From Epiperipatus broadwayi (taxonomy: Eukaryota; Animalia; Onychophora): a stretch of DNA of 64,000 bases. Each line of letters begins with the position of its first letter. Within the stretch, counting starts at the first letter, position 1. Of this stretch, positions 24,644 through 38,172 are shown one piece after another. The notes under the pieces were generated by a model. The model saw only the letters and a program-made list of their open reading frames with translations, did not search any database and was not told where the DNA came from. The DNA is taken from contig JAQFVV010000001.1 of the NCBI GenBank assembly GCA_028023455.1, positions 372,001 to 436,000 on the forward strand, read 5' to 3'. Both the position numbers and the translations under genes were made by a program.

Positions 24644-24766
24644 CTCAGGAATATCAAAGTCTTGATCTGGTGAACCTGCATCATCTTCACTATCTTTTCT
24701 TTTCCTTTTGGAGCGTACACTTTGAATTACTGCTTTGTGATGATCACAAATATAGATATGCCTTGC
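24644..24766 (-). CDS. SAP30: Internal coding exon of Sin3-associated protein SAP30/SAP30L
   Basis: Poly-T AG acceptor, 123 nt, GTATAT donor, phase 0 at both ends. Translates [41 protein letters not shown], matching the recalled SAP30 segment (human ARHLYICDYHKNLIQSVRNRRKRK..DTPE) covering the zinc-finger end and NLS. Confidence 0.93.
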
Positions 24767-25877
24767 CTAAAAAAAAATAATAATAATAATAATAATAACA
24801 CATTAACTTTGCTAAGAGTTTTCAAATATAATAATTGAAAACAACAACAACAAAAAAAGGCAATACAAAAATAACTTGAGTTTAACTTTTTTTTTTAATA
24901 TCATAGAAATAATTTCAGAAAACTAATTTAAACATTCTTTGTCAAACATTTCTAAAAAATATAATTAAATTTTAATAATTCAATTAAAAAAAAAGAAAAA
25001 AAAACATTTCATTGTATTTAAGTTCAATTCAAATAATTAAAACTTATATATCACAAGCATGTCAGCAGAACTAACAAAATGGAAGAAACTGAAGATGCAA
25101 GTCTTGCAATTTAATAATTTAAAAATAATTTTATTTTTATGCATACAATTTTATTATAAAAAGTACGAATATATTCTTCTTTCATACAATTAAAAAAAAA
25201 AAACTATTTCCAAGACTTCTTATCACATGAGTTATTAAATGTTATTAAAACTTTTTTCTTAAGATCATTATTTTTACTTCATTTTTTTCCCCCTTAGATT
25301 TTCAAATAATAGAATGATGGCATTGAAGAGCAACCAATAGTGATATTCAGTCAATATACATTCCACATTAGTTGTTAAATATTTTTATAAATATAGACAC
25401 TTTATATATATATATATAATGTCTCAAATATCCCACATACGCTTCAAACACATGTAATCTTGATTATATATACTCTTTATTATATCTCTTGACCTCAAAT
25501 AATTCCAATAAAGTTTACCATGTATCTAAAAATGCTAAGTTACTCAGAATTGCAATCTAGTTTTAATGACTTCTGGCTTAATAGTATATTAGGTTAAGGC
25601 AATTAAACCATGTTTAGACCTCCCCCAGCAATTCATTATATACAAGTTTTGTTTTGAAGATTTAAAGTGACAAACAATTACTGCACAATTATATATAGGA
25701 AGTGCATATTCAGCTGATTTTCTGTACATTTATATCATTTAATTAAATAACCCTTAAAATGACAAATCAGCATAATCTGAACAAATTTTTTTAGCATTTC
25801 AATGTGCATAGCTTTCAAAATATGATAAAATAGTGACCAGGTTTTACTGCTGAATTTTCTATGCTTACACAAGCTGC

Positions 25878-26140
25878 TAAAACAGTATCAAACTATCCAT
25901 ATAGCAGTACCACCCAGTTTAAGCGATAGTAATCAATGGATGCTAGAAGGTTTGAGCATAAAATCCTTATCTAGTGCCTACTCATCCAATATCCCCAGAT
26001 TAGTTTCTAGCTTGTGGTTTTCATCAGTGAGAAGCCTTGAATCTGAGAGCACTGCACCTAGATGTAATGCTAGCATCCACTTATTATCATGGCTTGCACT
26101 GGGTAGCACTACTGTATGGAGAGTTTGCTACTGTTTTGAG
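25878..26140. mobile_element. Old foldback element with decayed HHR
   Basis: Diverged ~70-bp inverted arms (25878-25945 / ~26065-26138) with an HHR in the spacer. Confidence 0.55.
25992..26033 (-). ncRNA. Decayed minimal hammerhead ribozyme (family D)
   Basis: TTCTCA CTGATGA AAAC cacaa GCTA GAA ACTAAT C TGGGGA. Stem I pairs, stem III is one change from the palindrome ACTAGT, and stem II is damaged. Confidence 0.55.
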
Positions 26141-27099
26141 AGTTAACCATGTTGTCATTCAGGACAGCAAGGAAAGACATCTAATGATAAATATAATAAG
26201 GGAAAAAATCATATTTCTAGAATAATAAATACTAAGAATATTTCAGACAAAAGTACAAATGACTCACAATTGCTAATGATAAGAATGTTGGAAAATCAAA
26301 CAAATAATTGAAAATTATTCTGATAGTTTTGGTTTATCTTCATAAACATTTACCACTTCATTATGCCATAGCAGATAATTAAAATCAATGATAGATATAT
26401 CAAAATAAAAGTTTGAGAGGAAATAATAAAATATCTTTTTTTATTTTTCTAACATGCTTTTGCGTTTAAAATTCTCAGTAATAAAAATTTTAGAGACTTA
26501 TATGATTTCTGGTTTATTTTTACCCTTAATAGAATGGGAAAAATTAAATTTACTGTATCAGTTAATAAATATTTTGAATATCATTACTGAAAATAACATA
26601 AATAAAAGTAAAAAATATCAGAAAATTAAATTAACATTAGAACAAATATTAATTTATTTATTTTTAATAAATAAAGCATCTTACTAATATAATAGTTTAA
26701 TGAAATTTATGATATAGTTCTAAATTGAAAATTCAATCATTGGTATTACCAAAATGGCAAACAATAGCAAATTATCATCTATAATAACAAATGTTTAGTT
26801 ATTTTACCTGCTTTCAGACAAAAAATGTAACATTTGTATATGTATTTAATAAATATTACCAAATAAATACTTATAAATAAATAAAAATTATGGAAGAAAA
26901 AAAACTGTAACAAATTATAGTACTGAGATTGTAAAGTAATTCTAATATTGGACATTTACAACTGATGCGAAGTCAATAATTTAATTCTGGAAAAATATTT
27001 TTTAATATATTTTAGCTATGAATTCCCACTTATAGTTTAAATAATGTTTACGGATCTAAAAGTGTGGTAATGATCAGCCTCATGCCATGTAGTTCCTTG

Positions 27100-27925
27100 G
27101 AAGTGAAAAAATGCCATGCTAAAAAAAATATGCCCTGAAATAATAGTCTACTGTCTGCTTGATTATTTGAAAATTATAAGGTGACTTGATGAATTGCCTG
27201 AGAAAAGTGACTTGAAAAGCTAGCATTGCTAAATATGAACAATAGTCGTTTGATGCAGCGATTTAAAAAATGGTCAATGGAACCCAAATTTTTCAACTTT
27301 CTTTTAAAGGTAAATCTTCATGCTCTACCTACCTCCTATTTCCTTAAATACTGCAGGTTTTACAACAAAATTGATGCTGTTTGTTTCTTGTGCCACAGGG
27401 AAGCAGAAACACAACAGCACCTATTTCACACCTGCACGGCTCTAACAAATACCCAAGAAATTATGATTAACACATATAGACAAAATAACATCACACTTGA
27501 TAACCTCATAAAGACACTGAGTAAAGGCTCAATACCAGAGGCTCGTGCAGCAACTTTTTGTTTATAAAGTTTCTGGTGCACCAGATGTACTTTCTGCCTT
27601 GGAGACTATACCACAAAGCACCCAGCCACATTCTCTAATAAGCTCGAACAACTGAAGGCCAGAGATGGCAAAATTGCACACCCAGATATATTTGCTGCTA
27701 CATGGTCACTATTAAAAACCCGAGACAAAACATAACCTCAAAAAACAAATTATGACTTTTTTGTAACAAGAACAATTTTTTTTGTTGTTGTTTGTTTTAC
27801 ATATCCCTTTTTTAACCATTTTTTCTGTTTGTTTCCAAAGCTATATACTTTTAAACCATGTATTTTCAACAATGTAATTTTTGGTAAACAACAAATTCAT
27901 GTAATCTATTTTTGTACAATAAAGT
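27100..27925 (+). mobile_element. L1/Tx1-like LINE 3' fragment (zf-RVT domain)
   Basis: W..FFNFLLKVNLHALPT....CFLCHREAETQQHLFHTC (27226-27567), followed by a T-rich 3' UTR and AATAAA at ~27918. Confidence 0.8.
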
Positions 27926-28280
27926 ATATTATTGAAACATATTTCCTACACTTCTTATATATAACTCCAACAAAAAAAAAAACATTAGACAATAAAGGAT
28001 AGTGAGACCAGCAGTCAAAAACAGAATTATTAAGCAGACACATCTATAGTAACAGACAATTTTATTCTTTATTAATAGTCGATAAAAATTATTCTGCATG
28101 ATTTGATGTAATGAAAAAATAGCAGCTCTGGAGTTAAGGTTCATGGATCATAGCTCCAGCTATTATTTCTGATGTTCAAATTTCTTATGAACTCCTAAAC
28201 AATAAACCCATTTGATTATTTTATTTAGTTAATAAAAAAAAACAAGGATATCTTCATTTGAAGAGTTTAAAAAATATATT

Positions 28281-28570
28281 AAATAAAATAATATTAAAAA
28301 AAGACTTTTTAAAAAATAATGCTTTTATGTAATCAGCCAACTAAAAATTAAAAAAATCAAGTAATCAAACTAAAAAACATATTGTGTCATTTAATAAGAA
28401 AATTTGAGGCTTGTTATTTTTCTACTTTGTGCTCATAAGTCTCAAATGTTCTTATTAAATGACAACATGTTTTTTAGTTTGATTACTTTGTTATTTTTCT
28501 ACTTTTTAATAGGCTATTTACATAAAAGCATTATTTTAAAAAATGTTTTTTTTTTAATATTATTTTATTT
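28281..28570. mobile_element. Foldback MITE-like element, ~128-bp imperfect inverted arms
   Basis: 28281-28408 is the reverse complement of 28441-28570 (e.g. aataatgcttttatgtaa / ttacataaaagcattatt; gtaatcaaactaaaaaacat / atgttttttagtttgattac). Confidence 0.75.
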
Positions 28571-29149
28571 CTTTACTTTTTAGTTATAAATATAAATAAA
28601 ATAATTTTCTTCATCAGTTTATTTTAATCATTTTTTTTGTTTCTTGTTCTTTTTTACAAGAAAGCACCTGCTGTCAATGATTTTGACAGTTCTATTTCTT
28701 CATTTTGATTTTGGAAATGAAAAAAAAAACCATAATTCTATAACCTTTTTTTACACATTTATTATTTTTTTCACAAAAGATTTATGAAATATTAATTATT
28801 TCAGAAGAATAATTCAGATTTTACTAGAAAATATTTACTTTTAATTAGTTAAGTATGAATTAAATCAATATGAGCAAAATTTTACTCTACAAATGCAAGA
28901 TTTCTGTTGGTTCAGTTGTTATAGATATTTCTTGGCAAGGTTAAGGATGTGAGTTTAAGTTCTAAAGGAAAGATTTTTTTCTTATTATTAAAAAAATTAA
29001 AAGGGTAAGTTAATATGAAAGCATTTAATTAAAATAATCAATTATCATCAAAGTTTTCATTTACTTCTCTTAACATTCTACAAAATTCATGAGAAATGCA
29101 ATCCTTAATATTTTATTATAATAATTAGATGCTGACAAATCAATATAAT

Positions 29150-29720
29150 TTCCTAGAAATCATATGAGTAGCATTTTTTCCATAATAACTTATCAACCTA
29201 TTTGATTTTTCAAGCTTATCAGAGGATATTCATTATTATAATGATAAACTTCATTTATCTTATTATTGATCATCTTCTTCCTTCCCCATCATTCTTTCCA
29301 ATCATTATATATTTTCAGAAGAATTAGACTATTTCATGATAATATCAAATATAATAATTTCAAACTATTCCCATTGATGCTTTAAATGAGACTTGATATC
29401 TAATCTATTTGATTTCTTTGCTTACAAGGGCATTCTTTTGCCATCACCAATTCAAAAACATTAACATTAATGCTATTGTTCTTCGGTATCAAATAAAAAT
29501 TACTATAATATAAGCAAATCTGATATTCACTTTTAAATATAAGTCATTATATTTAAAAATCTTTTCCAGGTTTTTTATTGCAATTCTGTTGTGTTGGATG
29601 ATATGAATCTTTTGATTATTGAATGCTTTGTTGTTAATGAATGATCCAAAAAGGCAAAAAGTATTTTAACCATTTCTATAAATTTATCATCAATTTTGAA
29701 GTCAAATGCTTTTTCTACCA
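29150..29720 (-). mobile_element. Decayed RTE LINE 3' fragment
   Basis: Minus-strand remnants LGS..NNKAF..KNLEKIF and INVFELVMAKEC-like (RTE consensus IDAFELWCWRRML). Confidence 0.6.
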
Positions 29721-32700
29721 ACAATAAAGAATTACTATTTTAAAAAAAAAAAAAACTAAAACAAAATTCTAACAAATTATCATTTTGGCAAATTTTATAT
29801 AAAATTAATGTATGTATACAAACCATGTAATTAATTAATTTTAAAAAATTATGATGTTTTGACAATATTATCTGAAATATCTAAACTTTATTCTAATTAA
29901 TTTGCCTAATTAATATATCAATATTGTTTGTTTTTTTTCACTGAGTTATATTTTATGTTATACTTCTAATTATAATTGCAAAAAATAATTGTTTTATAAT
30001 GTAAATATAGATTATTCATGCATAAACACTTTCAAATTTTAAGAAATTTCATAAAGGATAATGTAAGTAGCATTTTAAAAATATATTAAAAAAAATAAAA
30101 TCAATATTTAAAACTTATTCAAATGATATTTAGAATTCTTATAATTAATAATAAAACAGTTAAACGATATGGGGAAAAAAAGATAAGTATAATTTGAATA
30201 ACTTATAGGTCCAACATACACTGCATATGAAAATTTATTTATCCTTAAAATAATCTAGTGTTTAAAATGAAGAAAATGAAGTTTTGGTTCCTAATTAAGG
30301 TACCTAGAAAACAAAGTTACTATAGCACTTACTGATTGGTCAAAAAATAATATTTATCATATTCATGTTGTTCATCTGCATAGTCATTGAGTGTTTATTA
30401 AATTTTTAATATAAAATCTGGATATTATAATCTGTTATCACTTATTAAAAACAATTTATATAATTTAGCACATTTAGAAGCAAATATAAAGATAACCTGA
30501 GAACTCAGCTTCTTAAGGGATATTTCATCTCTCTAATCAATTGCATCATATTACCATTACATTTTGAGTTTACGATCAGGAAATTATTTAATCAATCCAG
30601 ATTATCCTAGGATCGTTAACTTTCAACACTATAAATAAATATTACTATGTATGTATATAAAATTTATCTATTTTATAATAATTTTTATAATAACCTAAAT
30701 AAATATATAAATATCAATTTATCACATTCAATTTGCAACAATATGAAAAATCAAATCCAAAAATAAAATGTGTATTAAATGCAAGTACACCTTACCTTGT
30801 GAATTGAATTCAAACTGGCATAACAAAGAAATAAATTTATATATAGTGTATCAGTTTCAAAGCAAGATATATAATTGACCACAGGAATGGTTAAATGCTG
30901 GTTACTTTCAGGGAAACAGTTAATAAAAACAGTTACAAAAAAAGAATAGACAAATAAGTTTAAAAAAAAGGAGAGAAAAATATTTTTTTTAGTTCACTGA
31001 TTTGAAATTTCCTTGTACTGTCCCTAAATTTAACATTCAAAGTTTGAATAACTAAAATACAATTTTTTTCTTTTTCTTTAAAAAAAAAAGAATCCAAGTT
31101 TTATTTTGTTAAAATATCAAGTTTATAAAAAATATTTTGTATTGTAACAAATATATTTTATGTTATTGTAAGTAATAAAATTAACTTAAAAAAATATGAT
31201 TAGAAAGGTGGTAAATACAATTTATTTATTTTTAAACAATGATAGTTTAAATAAAAATGTGATTTAAATTTTTTACTAAAAGCTCAATCTTGAGTCTATC
31301 TTTTGTTTTAGTCATCATTAGCCAAATTATGAACAAAATAAATATAAAATGATAATGATGACCCATGGAGGTTATGTCCACTATGGGTGCAGCACTTATC
31401 CTGGATACAATGTAGATGGATTAAATATTTATTCAAAGCCTGCTTTGTGATCAAACTTGATCAGCCATTTCTGAGTTGTATTTAATCTATATTAAAAAAA
31501 TTATGCTTGCACACAATTGTTAAGTGAAAGTCCTCTCTCATGGAATATTTGTATCTTTAGAGAGGTGTAGAAATATAACCTAGATAATTTAAAATATAAA
31601 GCAACTAAAGAAGTTGAAATTTTAATGTTTCTAAATTTTCAAGGATGGATTTATAGCATCTGAAATACCAGAATAGACTCCAAAATGTAAAAACAAATAA
31701 ATGAAGAAAAATGTTAGATTTAACAAAAAAGGATTTAAACAAGAGTCTTTGATAAAAAATTTAATGTGAATGTGTGATCACCTGAAGGATGATAATATTT
31801 ATGTATTTATTACTTATTTATATTTTATAACTTTATGTAATATTTGTAAAATAAATATTTTTTTTGTTATTTATTAATCTACCCTCCTGTCTCTCTTCTC
31901 ATAAATTCTTACCATTTAAATATAATAAATTAATTTTGTAATAGCTGGTGAGATAAAAGTTCATGTTCTACTAAATTAATCATGGTCTATTTTAATAATG
32001 CTGACAATGTAAAATATCCTCCTGTGGATTTTCCAATATTGGATGATGCTCTGGTTTTAAACCTAATATAAATTTATAATCGATAAAGGATCTAATTTTC
32101 CTTCAGTTACTTAGGAATGATTTAATGGTCTGGAAAAGTGACCGTAGCCTACAATATTTTTATTAATATAGCTAGATCTGACCATTAGTATAATTTATGA
32201 TTAAATTAAATTATATTTTCATCCTATCTTGTTTATTTCTATTATTTGCATTTAAGTGTGAAATATCAAGTTATTTTTATTATTAAATAGCATTAACTTT
32301 TCACATCCATAGAATTATAATTTGTGCTAAACTTTGATTATCTCTTTGCCAAATGGCAAAAAATATTGGTACCATTAAAAAAAAATATTTTAAGTTGATC
32401 AGATTTTATCCAAGGAATAAAAAATAAAAGAGGTTGGATTTTGTCTGAAAAAAAAAGAAGGCTAGAAAAATAATTAGTGTTTTTGGAATTTACAAAAAAA
32501 AGTGTATAATATAAATTTTTAGAAAAGTATTTATAGGAATGAACAAGATTAACATGATTTAGCATCTGTCTGATAAAATATTTGAGAAATAATAACAAAT
32601 CTTATTTATTCTTTTATTATTGCATTTATTTTTAGTTCTATAAAAGATTTTATTTCTCTTTTGATCTTAGATATTTTAATTACATTTTATTTAATATTTA

Positions 32701-34149
32701 CACATTAAGTTTAAATATTTTAATAAAATAATATACATATACATTACTAATGTATCCAATCTTAATTTTGACTTAATATATATATGAGATTCAGATAGTT
32801 TAGCAAGTAATGCTTTTTTAAAAAAAATCTTTTAGACATTAGATAAATTAAATTGTAAATTATTTACATAACTAAAAATTGAAAAGGAATCATTTGAATT
32901 AATATGAATAAAACTTAATTTTTATAAAATACATTTTGTAAAAAAATCTTCACAATAGTTATTCCTCTACATCTAACAAAAATTGATTAATAATGAATCT
33001 TTTATCAAACCAAAGTTACAATGAAGTGAATTGGCCAAATAAATTTTACTAATACTTTTACCATGTTATATTTTTTTAAAAAAAATTAATACTCTGTTGT
33101 CTTGTTTGGTTTGATTATTGTAAAGTCATCAAAAATTTTAATAATAATAAATATTAAAGAAATGCTCTTATTCACATAAATATAGCAAAAAGCAAAAAAT
33201 AAAAGCATGGGACCCCCATGTTAACATAAATAGAAATTGGATATATTATTTTTCATGTACATAGTAGCAAAATGACAAAAAATATTAATTTAAACATGTT
33301 AAATTGTAATTCTTGCTTGATAGGAAGTCTATAAAAATTGATAAAAAGTGTAAAACTACAACTATTTCTAAACATGAGAGCCCCATAGTTGTATTTTTGT
33401 TTGTATAATATCAAAAATATTATTAAAGCTGAGGAAAAAATATTTTTTACTTTTTAATGCAATTTATGTGAAAAAAAAATTTCTTTATATTTTTTTAAAA
33501 ATACTTTTTAGTTCTATATATTTAAGTTAAATGATAAAAAATATTGAATGAAATGGCATACATTTAAAATAAATCTTATAAAATTTTTCTATATATTTTT
33601 GTTGAAATTGTTTGGAAATTTTAAAAAAATAAATGGATATATATGTTTCAAAAGATTTGATTAGATTAGAAATTGGAAAGTGAATGAAAACTAAGTTATA
33701 ATATTTTATCTAGACAAAAAGATTTAAAAATGGGGTAAATTAAATAAAAAGAGTGAGAGAACTAAATAATTTATCAAAAATTACTAATAATAGCAAAATT
33801 AAATGTCCACTTAAAACTATAATCTTTAATGTAAATCATAAAATCTTATCTTCATGTATATTTCTCAGAACAATATCTTCTGTTTTCTCATTTTTATTTA
33901 AAATTTATGAAAATTGAGTAAAAAAGAATTCAATATAAAATCAACAATCTCTTCTAAACAAATATCTGCTAATCATAATAATTTCTTAAAAATTATAGAA
34001 CCATTAAACAAATAAAATCCAAACAAATTAAAGATTATAATAACTAGATCAAAAAAATAAACATACAACAAAGTTAAATAATGAAATAAAATCCTTATTT
34101 CTACTTCACCTTCAAGTAGAAAGTTACAAATTGCACATTATGCAAACAA

Positions 34150-34960
34150 GTGAAGCTCAATATTAAGAGAATTATAAGGCTGAGCGCTTTCAGAAATCTT
34201 TAATTTCCATATCCATAGCCCAGCTTGGGGGTGTTGGCCTGAGTTGTGATTTCCAAAGACTGAGTAGTGAATTATTTATGCAAATTTATTCAATATCTTC
34301 ATATAGTCCACTTTCTGGAGCTGGAATAACATGATTCCTTCTTATTTATTGCATTGTCATTCGCAAAGAAGCATACTTCTTTTATTTTGCATTTAGTATC
34401 ATTGCATTCTGTACACAGCACCTTTGCTACAATGGGTTCAAATATATGGCCCATAGTTCTTGGGTGTTTGAGGAATATAGATTTACTTTCAGTGTTTTTA
34501 GTGCTCTCCTTTATAAGTAGTGATGTTCTGGTAATGATGTTGGCCCGGGTCTTTCCATAATAAGCTGCTCTACATCCGTTGTTTGGGTATGCAATTTTAT
34601 ACACTGTTTGTGCTATTTGATCGGAGGGTATTTGATCTTTGGTATTGTTTATTAGTCTGTTCGTTGAAGATGGTGTATGAAATCTTAATTTGAAGGAATC
34701 AGTGAATATTTTATAAAATTTTCTGGAAATTGATGGTATGTAAGGCAGCAGCATTCTTGGTTTATTGTTTCTAATTGTGTCAGTTCTTAGTTTGTTATGA
34801 AATTGTCTAATACTTTTGTTGATAATAAAAAAGTAAAATCCTACACTACATTTATAATATAATGACCAGAAATATTATCTTTCAAAAATTCATTTAATTC
34901 TCATTATAGTCGGTGAATTTTCTGTGCTGGAGTTGGAATTTTGGTAATAACAATCAGGTT
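34150..34960 (-). mobile_element. Penelope-like element 3' fragment
   Basis: ORF 34299-34754: LLPYIPSIS..LINNTKD..VYKIAYPNNGC..YYGKT..HPRTMGH..INKKESCYSSSRKW. Thumb-domain remnants continue to ~34960. Confidence 0.9.
34177..34221 (-). ncRNA. Variant hammerhead ribozyme, family A (decayed)
   Basis: GGGCT ATGGATA T GGAAAT taaag ATTTCT GAA AGCGCT C AGCCT (A6 to G). Confidence 0.6.
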
Positions 34961-35999
34961 CAACATTATTCCTCAAAAAATGGCCAAATTCATTCATTTT
35001 ATAAACTTTAATGAAAATAAAATTAGTAACTTCAATACCATTTTGATACTAAATGTTATTATGTAATTTTAAAATGTATGTAATAAAATGCAAACTAAAT
35101 ATCAAAATGTTTCAACAGCAATTCCAAATATACATCTGTAAAAGTTTCAATATCAAGATGCAGCCAACATTATTAAATTGTTGCTACATTATCAATACTT
35201 ATAAGAAATTATGTCAATATAAAAAAATAAATTTTAGCTAAATGAAAGTAATATATAATACAATGTTTTATATTTTTAATTGTCCTGAAGTTTGAAAACA
35301 GATGAAATTCATGTGGAACAAATTTTGTTTTGATTTCTTTTTTTTAAAGTTATTTATTTATCTAATGACATCATCAAAAATATATTTGATCCATATGAAA
35401 CTGACAAATTTAAATAAAGATCAGGTAAAAGATATTAGATAAGTAAATTAATAAATAAAAAATACAGTCAAGAACTTCCATTCCAATAGTGAAACAAATG
35501 CACAGTTATAAAGTTTTTGATTATAGATATCAATTTCACTTTTATTCACATATATGTAGTAAAATATTTTGCAATGCAGAAAATTCTTGATTATTAAATG
35601 ACTACATTAAATTGTTTTTTTGTAAAAAAAACAAAGAAATTTATCCGAGAACAAAATAAACTATCTATTTTAATTAATTTCTCATCCCATAGCCATGTCT
35701 AATTCTCTTTATCCAGTAATAAGTCTTTTTTTAAAAAAAGTTATTGATTACTGATTATAATTTTAAAAAAATAATTTAAAATTGATAAAATTCTAAACAA
35801 AATGCATTACAATAATACTGATATGTTTGTTATATTTTAAATTTTTATATATATTTATTTGTTGCTACCATGTACTTGTAATAAAGTTTTATGTAATAAA
35901 TTGTTTTTCTCTTCACCAATAAAAATTGTAATTATACATATGTGATTTTTTCGCATGCGTTAGTGAAGCTGTAATTATACTATAATGTTTAATATGCCT

Positions 36000-36044
36000 G
36001 CTTAGCGCTTTCGAAATTTAGTATTCTAATCTCATACTCATACC
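36000..36044 (-). ncRNA. Variant hammerhead ribozyme, family A
   Basis: GGT ATGAGTA T GAGATT agaatacta AATTTC GAA AGCGCT A AGC. Confidence 0.62.
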
Positions 36045-38127
36045 TTTACGAATGAAGACTGTTGTGATTTATTATACACATATGCAAATGAGCTTGAATT
36101 TTTAATTAGTTAGTCCATTGTTTGGAGAGAGCAAAGCATGCCTCTCTTCTATTAATGGCAACTGAGATCATTTGCTATGTAAAAAGCTTCTTTGACTTTT
36201 CTTTTGGCATCCCTCTTCTCTGTGCAAATTATCTGGGCAGAACTGGGTTCGAATACATGGCCTGTAGCTGCTTGGTGATCCCAGAAGATTGATGTTCCTT
36301 CATTTTTATTTTTAACCCTGTTGTATGCATACCTGTGTTAGTAAAATTCTTGTGTTGATGTTAGCACGAGTCTCACCATAGTAAGATGCCTGGCAGCCTA
36401 ATTGAGGGCATGCTAATAAAACTAAACAATTTTTAGAAAGTAACTCAATTGTATGCATCAAAGAGGATAAAGGCAATAGATTTGTCTTAATTTCAAGAGC
36501 TGAGTACACAAACAAAATGGAAGAGCAGATCAACAAACTTAAGTTCACATGCATAACGGAAAACATTAATAAAATCAACAAAGATAGATTCATATCCAAT
36601 ATATTAAGGACTCATAAAGATAAAATCGCTATCTAGGGCTGAATATTTCAGAATATATCCATCATCTTCCATATCACCTAGAATGTTTGCTAATATAAAA
36701 CTGCATAAAGAAAACTCTCCTCACAGATTAATGCTAGACTTTGGAGGCATCCACTATCAACCTATGGCTTATAGACTCCCTGGGATTTGGAAACCTCACT
36801 GTCAAATCGTCATTTGAATTCGTGGAAAAAATAAAAAATGCTAAAATAGATTTAGAACACAAAATGACTGTATGCGATGTCAATGAACTCTATGGCTCAA
36901 TTAACAGAAAAATCTCCATTGTCATCATCAAAGTTGAACTAAATAAAAAAAATTATCCAACAAAATGAACTGATTTTATAAGAGAATTCTTGAAATGGCT
37001 GGATAACAACATACTGGCTAAATTTGAAAACAAATGGTATGTTATGAATGATGGTTGGCCAATGGAACTGCCAATGAGTGGAATTGTTGCTAGTATCATC
37101 ATAAACCATTATGAGAGTCAAATTCTTCCGAAACACTTCACAACAGTACCAACTCTCATATACCCTTGATATGTTGATGATATTTTTATTGCAGTAAAAC
37201 CTTCCACCACTATAAACATACAAAATGAATTTCAAGCCATCTCAGGATTAACCCTGAATAGAATGGATAAAAACAAGGAACAAGAAATAAAATATATGGA
37301 TTTGATAATAAAAAGAGAGAACACATGCCTAGATTATAAAATGATAATTAAATCACTGCACATAAGAGGTTACACAAGTCCAAAGTCTAATACCCCCAAT
37401 ACATATAAATGGGCAAGTATGAATGCTTTCCTATTCAGAAATCACCGTTTATGTAAATACACAGCGGATAGGAAAAACAACATCTATAAATATATAAAGA
37501 AAATGACCAACATAGGCTTTAAATCCAGTACTATTCATCAGAGAATAAAAACATTTTATAGAAAACTCAATAATAAACAGCCTAAAGATAATATGAAATA
37601 CTTAACTATTCCATTTATACCTAATGTAACTTCAAAAATTGCTAAAAAATGGACTAATATTTCAAATTTAGCTTCAGAACACCTCCTAACACTAACCGAC
37701 TAATAAATAATTCCAAAAATAAAATAGAAAAAGATCAAGCCCCTCATGTAGTCTATAAAATAGCATGCCTTCAATTAGGCCTCCAGGCATCTTACTATGG
37801 TGAGACTCAGGCTAATATCAACAAGAATTTACCAACACAGGTATGCATACAACAAGGTTAAAAATAAAAATGAAGGAACATCAATCTTCTGGGACAACCA
37901 AGCAGCTACAGGCCATGTATTCAAACCCAGTTCTGCCCAAATAATTTGCACAGAGAAGAGTGATGTCAAAAGAAAAGGCAAAGAAGCTTTTTACATAGCA
38001 AATGATCTCAGTGCCATTAATAGAAGAGAGGCATACTTTGCTTTCTCTAAACAATGGACTAACTAATTAAAAATTCAAGCTCACTTGCATATGTGTATAA
38101 TAAATCACAACAGTCTTCATTCGTAAA

Positions 38128-38172
38128 GCTATGAGTATGAGATTAGAATACTAAATCTCGAAAGTGCTAAGC
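38128..38172 (+). ncRNA. Variant hammerhead ribozyme, family A
   Basis: GCT ATGAGTA T GAGATT agaatacta AATCTC GAA AGTGCT A AGC. Confidence 0.72.

Larger units (their letters stand above)
23440..24650. repeat. Degenerate ~150-160-bp tandem repeat next to the SAP30 exon donor, interrupted by the HHR element
   Basis: Recurring tagattaa..ctaataaatgaataaatttacata..aaattatta.acttatagtaat..ctcaggaata. ctcaggaata occurs at ~23594, ~24483 and 24644. Confidence 0.65.

Noticed and set aside
30780-30830. Candidate upstream SAP30 exon ending at a GTAAGG donor
   Set aside because: The translation (FLCYASLNSIHK or FEFNSQ) does not resemble the SAP30 zinc finger.
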